DNA of 40,569 nucleotides. Source: Candidatus Komeilibacteria bacterium RIFCSPHIGHO2_01_FULL_52_14. GTDB lineage: Bacteria; Patescibacteriota; Patescibacteriia; UBA1558; 2-01-FULL-52-15. A program made the translations under genes and the position numbers. Of this stretch, positions 36,190 to 40,569 are shown piece after piece. The notes under the pieces are model-generated. The model worked only from the letters and a program-made list of their open reading frames with translations, was not told where the DNA came from and made no database searches. Where the stretch lies: the NCBI GenBank assembly GCA_001818365.1, contig MHKK01000022.1, positions 5,636-46,204 on the forward strand, in the 5' to 3' direction. Each line of letters starts with the position of its first letter. Within the stretch, counting starts at the first letter, position 1.

Positions 36190-36219
36190 TTGACAGGTGA
36201 ACGAACGTTCACCTATACT
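36190..36219 (+). promoter_or_regulatory. lexA promoter overlapped by a palindromic operator (putative SOS box)
   Basis: TTGACA, 18 nt, TATACT; AGGTGAACG-AA-CGTTCACCT (36195-36214) contains GAAC-N4-GTTC. Confidence 0.85.
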
Positions 36220-36225
36220 ATATAT

Positions 36226-36792
36226 ATGAGCACAAAACAGTATGGCAAAATAATGGCTTTTTACGAGCAGCATAGGCGGATGCCCACCTATAGCGAGATC
36301 ATGCGTCTAATGGGCTTTAAATCGAAAAATTCGGCCTATAAGCTGGTGAATACCATGGTTGAAAAAGGCCTTATTCAGAAGGATACAAGCGGCAAGATCG
36401 TCCCCCGCCAGCTGACCTTGCCGGTACGGGTTTTGGGAACGGTCGAGGCCGGGTTCCCCTCCCCTGCCGAAGAAGAACTTTCGGACACCATGACCCTGGA
36501 TGAGTACCTTATCGAAAAGCGCGAGGCAACGTTTCTCTTAAAAGTTTCCGGCGATTCGATGTTTGATGCAGGCATTATGCCGGGTGATCTGGTCTTGGTC
36601 GAGCGAGGCAAAGATCCCAAAGCGGGCGACATCGTGATCGCCGAAGTCGATCATGAGTGGACCATGAAGTATTTCCAGAAAGTGAACGGACAGGTTACCC
36701 TCGTTGCGGCCAACAAAAAGTATCCACCGATCGTGCCGAAAGATGAGCTCAAAATTGCGGCTGTGGTGAAAGCCGTAGTGCGTAAATATTAA
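36226..36792 (+). CDS. lexA: LexA-family repressor
   Basis: wHTH PTYSEI..GFKS; cleavage site A-G (VEAGFP); catalytic Ser (GDSM) and Lys (TMK); ATG 6 nt after the -10. Confidence 0.9.
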   Translation: MSTKQYGKIMAFYEQHRRMPTYSEIMRLMGFKSKNSAYKLVNTMVEKGLIQKDTSGKIVPRQLTLPVRVLGTVEAGFPSPAEEELSDTMTLDEYLIEKREATFLLKVSGDSMFDAGIMPGDLVLVERGKDPKAGDIVIAEVDHEWTMKYFQKVNGQVTLVAANKKYPPIVPKDELKIAAVVKAVVRKY

Positions 36793-36802
36793 TAGTAAGT
36801 GT

Positions 36803-37330
36803 ATGTTGTACGATCAAATTTCCAAGACGCTGAATAGTTCCTTGTGTGATAGTGAAAGTACCTACAAGCGATTTTTAAAAAGAGCGGAAGAAGGAGCTCT
36901 GACAAGAGACGAAAATCCCCAAACGCATTTTTGCGTTTATTTTTTGCCGTATAATCCTAAAAATAAAACGTTTTTTATTGTTCACCATAAAAAGTCCGGC
37001 TTATGGCTCTCCCCTGGCGGGCATATCGACAAGGGCGAGGGGATTTTGGAAACGCTGAACAGAGAAATAGAGGAAGAACTCGGTGTAAAAAAATACTTCC
37101 AAGACACTCCCCTGCCTTTCCTGTTTACCATTGTCCCTGTCGACAAAAAAGTTCGGCCTTGCACAATGCATTATGATATGTGGTATCTGATGCGCACCGA
37201 CGGAGCGAACTTTAACGTTGATCCTCGGGAGTTCCACGACACGAAATGGATGACATTGGAAGAGGCACGGAAAATTATTGTTGATCCTGCAAATCTGCGG
37301 GCGTTAGAAATAGTGGCGAGGAAGTATTAA
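36803..37330 (+). CDS. Nudix hydrolase
   Basis: Nudix box GGHIDKGEGILETLNREIEEELG. Confidence 0.9.
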   Translation: MLYDQISKTLNSSLCDSESTYKRFLKRAEEGALTRDENPQTHFCVYFLPYNPKNKTFFIVHHKKSGLWLSPGGHIDKGEGILETLNREIEEELGVKKYFQDTPLPFLFTIVPVDKKVRPCTMHYDMWYLMRTDGANFNVDPREFHDTKWMTLEEARKIIVDPANLRALEIVARKY

Positions 37331-37335
37331 TTTTT

Positions 37336-37668
37336 ATGAAGAAACACCTTCTGTTTGTTTGCAGCGGTAATCTTGATCGCAGTCCTACCGCCGAGGCGCT
37401 TTTTAGCGATTCAAAACAATACATGGCAAGATCAGCCGGTACGCATGAAGAAGCCGTTCGGAGAATAAATCAGGAATTGATTGACTGGGCCGATAGTATT
37501 TTTGTGATGTCGGAAAAAGAAGACGGCCATCTGACATTTCTCAAGACGCACCTTGACCTGAAAGGCAGATCGGTCTATGACCTGGATGTTCCTGATCGAT
37601 GGGATCGCGACGATCCGGAGCTGATTCAGCTGCTTATAAAAAAACTGAGGGCGTATCTGACACTATGA
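37336..37668 (+). CDS. Low-molecular-weight protein-tyrosine-phosphatase-like protein
   Basis: N-terminal CX5R loop LFVCSGNLDRS; SAGT; DVPD. Confidence 0.88.
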   Translation: MKKHLLFVCSGNLDRSPTAEALFSDSKQYMARSAGTHEEAVRRINQELIDWADSIFVMSEKEDGHLTFLKTHLDLKGRSVYDLDVPDRWDRDDPELIQLLIKKLRAYLTL

Positions 37669-37718
37669 ATTATTATCGGGGCTTTGTTATTGAGGAAGCT
37701 GTTGATTTTCACTCCTGA
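37665..37718 (+). pseudogene. Possible internally deleted gene remnant (17 aa)
   Basis: ATGA-coupled to the phosphatase gene; translates MNYYRGFVIEEAVDFHS. Confidence 0.25.
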
Positions 37719-37766
37719 GGTTACGCAACGGGAGCGGTAGTACCTTAAAATATTTTACGCGAGCTA

Positions 37767-38036
37767 CTACGCGGCTGAGAGGCCTCGCGCCTCGTCCATA
37801 GTAAGTATGCGTTTTCCAGCAAGAGTGGTTACCAGGCGATTTTGCGTTATGTTGAGATTGCGGAAACCGGAGCGAAGATCAGCGAGATGTGCTTCGACAT
37901 GATCCAGACGACGCCCGTGTTCATCAAGGCGTTGTTCAAGGCGTGCGATATCATCTTTCGTGGCCATGTGGGCAACGACATCATTCTGTATGATGAGAGC
38001 AAGATCTTCGACGGTCATTCGCTTTTTCTTTGGCAT
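37767..38036 (-). CDS. Small coiled-coil hypothetical protein
   Basis: MPKKKRMTVEDLA..MATKDDIARLEQRL heptad pattern; TTGACC..TATGCT promoter just upstream. Confidence 0.75.
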   Translation of the reverse strand: MPKKKRMTVEDLALIIQNDVVAHMATKDDIARLEQRLDEHGRRLDHVEAHLADLRSGFRNLNITQNRLVTTLAGKRILTMDEARGLSAA

Positions 38037-38090
38037 AGTGAGATATAAGCATAACGAACTGGTCAGCATGGTCAAGAGGATTTATGCTCA

Positions 38091-38120
38091 GGAAAGAGAG
38101 CCGTCTTGTGATGCGACGGC
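38091..38120 (-). terminator. Probable terminator
   Basis: GCCGTC/GACGGC stem followed by TCTCTTTCC on the minus strand. Confidence 0.5.
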
Positions 38121-38152
38121 CTTAACCGTTTGTAAGTGACTTCTGCTCTGCT

Positions 38153-38668
38153 CTACGCTGATGCTTTAGTTAACGTAAGCGCTTTGTGTATGATCGCAAC
38201 ACTATCAACCGGATTGAGGAATTTAAGAGCCTCAATCTTATCGAGATCGATCCACTCGGCAATTTTGGCATATGCTTTCTCGGTTTCGTCAAATCCGTCT
38301 GTCGAGAGCCGTCCTTTTACAAGAGTAACGGTATAGTAAATCAGTACGGTGTTTGCGGGTTGCGTGCTCAGTTTTGAGTATTTAGGATAAAAAAATGACG
38401 ATTCGCAGGCGATCAATTGTTGCGGTTGGACAGTGAACCCGGTTTCCTCAAGGAATTCTCGTACAAGACCTTCGTGTACCGTTTCATGCAGTTCCATGCC
38501 GCCACCGGGAAAATCGTACCCGTCCCACTGCGGCGAGAGAAGAATTTTATTATCTTTGATGAGTATGCCGTATACCGAAGGACGGAAGCGCAGTTCGCTG
38601 CTGTCGAATTCGTATGTCTTGCCGTCGATGTCATGGCAAATAACTTTTTTTGAATTTTTTGATGGCAT
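38153..38668 (-). CDS. Nudix hydrolase
   Basis: Nudix box GGGMELHETVHEGLVREFLEETG; ATG at 38668 (MPSKNSKK). Confidence 0.9.
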   Translation of the reverse strand: MPSKNSKKVICHDIDGKTYEFDSSELRFRPSVYGILIKDNKILLSPQWDGYDFPGGGMELHETVHEGLVREFLEETGFTVQPQQLIACESSFFYPKYSKLSTQPANTVLIYYTVTLVKGRLSTDGFDETEKAYAKIAEWIDLDKIEALKFLNPVDSVAIIHKALTLTKASA

Positions 38669-38720
38669 GAAGGTATTTTGGCAGATACTGGTTCTTTGGT
38701 CTAGTTCATTGAAATGGTCT

Positions 38721-38826
38721 GTCATTGCGAGCGCCTGCCTGCCGGCAGGCAGGAAGCGAAGCAATCCCGTTGAGATTGCCACGCCCCGCACTACTCGAAC
38801 TCGAGTAGTGCGGGGCTCGCAATGAC
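38721..38826. repeat. GTCATTGCGAG...CTCGCAATGAC element carrying two nested palindromes
   Basis: Perfect 11-bp terminal inverted repeats; inner CCTGCCTGCCGGCAGGCAGG (38734-38753) and GCCCCGCACTACTCGA-AC-TCGAGTAGTGCGGGGC. Confidence 0.88.
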
Positions 38827-38830
38827 GGAA

Positions 38831-38889
38831 TAAAAAACTCCCCGGCTCTCCTCCACTCACGTTGTTCGTGAATGGGATTGAGCCGGGGT
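38831..38889 (-). terminator. Extended intrinsic terminator
   Basis: CCCCGGCTC...GAGCCGGGG stem with inner TCACG/CGTGA, followed by AGTTTTTTA. Confidence 0.7.
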
Positions 38890-38904
38890 GGATACCCCGC
38901 GTCC

Positions 38905-39117
38905 TTAACGGACGTTGGGTCGAGCCGGGACGGTCCGCAAGCGGTGGTCGCCCCAGAGCAGGATGTTTGCCGCGATGAGAAACGCGAGGCTGATGCTGCT
39001 CACGGAGTACACCTCGACGGTTGACGTCGCGGAGAATAGGAACAGCAGACTTGCCGAGCCGCACGCTGACATGAGGAACTGCAGAGCGGTCAGATGGCGA
39101 GCGACGAAGCGTCTCAT
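38905..39117 (-). CDS. Small two-TM hypothetical protein
   Basis: AGAAAGGAG SD before the ATG; two hydrophobic segments; flanked by 14-bp direct repeats. Confidence 0.7.
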   Translation of the reverse strand: MRRFVARHLTALQFLMSACGSASLLFLFSATSTVEVYSVSSISLAFLIAANILLWGDHRLRTVPARPNVR

Positions 39118-39165
39118 GGTCTCCTTTCTATTGATTGAGCCGGGGTACAGGAGCCCTTGCGAGCG

Positions 39166-39603
39166 TTAATGAACGGTGAGCTTGCCTCTGCCGCCGGCCT
39201 TGCCATCATCTGTGATCGTGACCCAGTAAGGGTCGCGAGCATAGAGTTCATATTCGAGGCGCTTGAAAGGAAGCATCTTGTCGGCTTCGAGATACAATAC
39301 AACTCGAAGCCCTCCTCCTTCCAGCTTGAGGTCCTCGTATACTGCAACCTTGATGGCCGCGCAGGAGAGCACAGATCCGTGCAAGCCCTGGTCCGTGGGC
39401 GGGGTCAGCTGTTCTTTGAAGCAGGCGGTCTTGCCGACGATCTCGCCGAGGTTTTTTGGCAGGCCTGCCTTCCCCAGAATGCGGGCCTGTAGAGCGTCCT
39501 CGAACTCGGTGCCGGTGGGTGGTGGTGCGGGATTGTCCGCCCAGACGATCGCGAATATCGCGGGAACGAGCAGAATGACGGAAAACGTTGCTAACCTCTT
39601 CAT
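39166..39603 (-). CDS. Secreted hypothetical protein (145 aa)
   Basis: AGAGGAG SD; signal peptide MKRLATFSVILLVPAIFAIVWA; start at 39603, not 40518. Confidence 0.75.
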   Translation of the reverse strand: MKRLATFSVILLVPAIFAIVWADNPAPPPTGTEFEDALQARILGKAGLPKNLGEIVGKTACFKEQLTPPTDQGLHGSVLSCAAIKVAVYEDLKLEGGGLRVVLYLEADKMLPFKRLEYELYARDPYWVTITDDGKAGGRGKLTVH

Positions 39604-39650
39604 CGGTTTCTCCTCTGTTGAGGGTTGAGTGCGAGTTGGAGTTGATGGCG

Positions 39651-40124
39651 TCAGCTTGTCGCTTGCGCTGACCATTCCTCGGTCACGTCCTTGATGGCCG
39701 ACCAGCGTCGGTGTCCGATCGGCTGGTCGATCGGCATGAAGACCAGGTAGAACTTGTTGTCCCATGTCTTCACGACGCGCCAGTCGAGCGCCAAACTGCA
39801 CCGTACGATCTTCCCTTTGGCCTTGGCGCCGCCGGGGAGTTCGAAATCCATCGTGCAGCCGATCATGCTCTGGCCCATGTAGGTGCCGCTCGCCGCTATC
39901 CCGCAGAACAACTGGTGGAGCGCCCAGCGGTAGCTGGGCAGCTGGCGGTACAGGATGATCAGCAGACCGATGGCCGCAATGAACAGGACGGGATTGTCGT
40001 GCTTGATGCTCAGGCCTGATCCTGCGGCGAAGGTCATGATGGTCACGATGCTCCACCACAGGAACAGCAGGAGTTCCTTGCCGGTCGCGGTGATGGTCTG
40101 CTTCTCGGTGTCGAGTTTTGGCAT
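39651..40124 (-). CDS. Hypothetical membrane protein
   Basis: GAAAGGAGG SD; two TM segments, then a beta-rich C-terminus. Confidence 0.75.
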   Translation of the reverse strand: MPKLDTEKQTITATGKELLLFLWWSIVTIMTFAAGSGLSIKHDNPVLFIAAIGLLIILYRQLPSYRWALHQLFCGIAASGTYMGQSMIGCTMDFELPGGAKAKGKIVRCSLALDWRVVKTWDNKFYLVFMPIDQPIGHRRWSAIKDVTEEWSAQATS

Positions 40125-40136
40125 GGTGCCCTCCTT

Positions 40137-40568
40137 TCAGAGTTTCGTTGCGATCTTGTCGCGGTTGATCCACAGCGCCGAAATGCCGTAGAAAATGGTG
40201 AGTGCGACTGCGGCCGGATGCGTGTGCCAGGCCATCCAGAGGCCGACTGCTGCGACCGGTATGACGCCGAACCAAAAGTTGCCTTTGGCGATGTACCAGG
40301 CGACGAAGTGTTTTCCGGTCTGCGTACATACCCACCAGAAGATGAACAGCGTTGCGGCGAGCATAAGGATCCACACAAGGTCCCCGGGCGGCAGATGTGC
40401 CTGCCACCAGAGGTTGTACTTCTGGGAGTACCAGTACGCCGACGGGACAAAGACCCAGTAGATGGCAATGTCCGAGTACAGATCGGCTGCAACGCCGAAC
40501 TGAGTCACGACATTCCATCTGCGTGCGAGCTGTCCGTCAACAACGTCGGTTGCAACGCTCACCATGAA
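40137..40568 (-). CDS. CDP-alcohol phosphatidyltransferase family protein (5' end outside window)
   Basis: Signature DxxDGxxAR..G..DxxxD: DVVDGQLARRWNVVTQFGVAADLYSD. Confidence 0.85.
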   Translation of the reverse strand, partial: FMVSVATDVVDGQLARRWNVVTQFGVAADLYSDIAIYWVFVPSAYWYSQKYNLWWQAHLPPGDLVWILMLAATLFIFWWVCTQTGKHFVAWYIAKGNFWFGVIPVAAVGLWMAWHTHPAAVALTIFYGISALWINRDKIATKL

Positions 40569-40569
40569 C

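Noticed and set aside
38669-39064. N-terminal extension of the Nudix ORF (303 aa)
   Set aside because: It runs through a terminator and a palindromic repeat; the likely start is 38668.
39604-40518. 450-aa ORF 39166-40518
   Set aside because: The upstream 305 codons overlap two better genes in other frames and are Arg/His-rich shadow sequence; SD and signal peptide place the start at 39603.
1-40569. CRISPR array, rRNA, transposase, reverse transcriptase/DGR/retron, prophage structural genes
   Set aside because: No regularly spaced repeats with unique spacers and no such protein motifs were seen by manual reading.
1-40569. UGA recoding (genetic code 25)
   Set aside because: Conserved genes are full length under code 11, and several end at TGA where expected, including ATGA overlaps.

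Overview
Chromosomal window from a bacterium using genetic code 11. It is most likely Patescibacteria (CPR, Parcubacteria-like), inferred from the pilin and PilM genes, archaeal-type AMP phosphorylase, class I LysRS, short AlaRS, RpoA without its C-terminal domain, and lack of SD motifs before core genes. Gene order: end of a type IV pilus locus (pilin-like genes, PilM-TM fusion), AMP/thymidine phosphorylase, two secreted proteins, mnmA, alaS, a separately promoted infA-rpmJ-rpsM-rpsK-rpsD-rpoA-rplQ-rplM-rpsI operon, a surface-glycan locus (flippase, 2 GT4, 3 GT2, O-antigen ligase/polymerase-like), VIT1, lysS, serS, FtsQ-like, S41 protease, ugd, a pilin-like-domain/DsbA fusion, a Xer-type recombinase and a pilin. 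From about 34.6 kb there is an accessory patch with lexA, two Nudix genes, an LMW-PTP-like gene and SD-led ORFans. Most notable observations: (1) small palindromic REP/RPE-like elements that nest inside each other, with a double copy inserted in-frame (42 nt) in alaS; (2) two promoter-to-terminator units with strong predicted RNA structure and no convincing ORF, one ending in a tRNA-minihelix-like hairpin with 3' ACCA; (3) two translation-initiation regimes, leaderless or SD-less conserved genes versus SD-led ORFan units, two of them with boxA-like leaders; (4) a small gene flanked by 14-bp direct repeats matching a terminator arm; (5) a LexA operator with a GAAC-N4-GTTC core. No CRISPR array, rRNA, canonical tRNA or transposase was seen. 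All calls come from manual reading; no searches were run.
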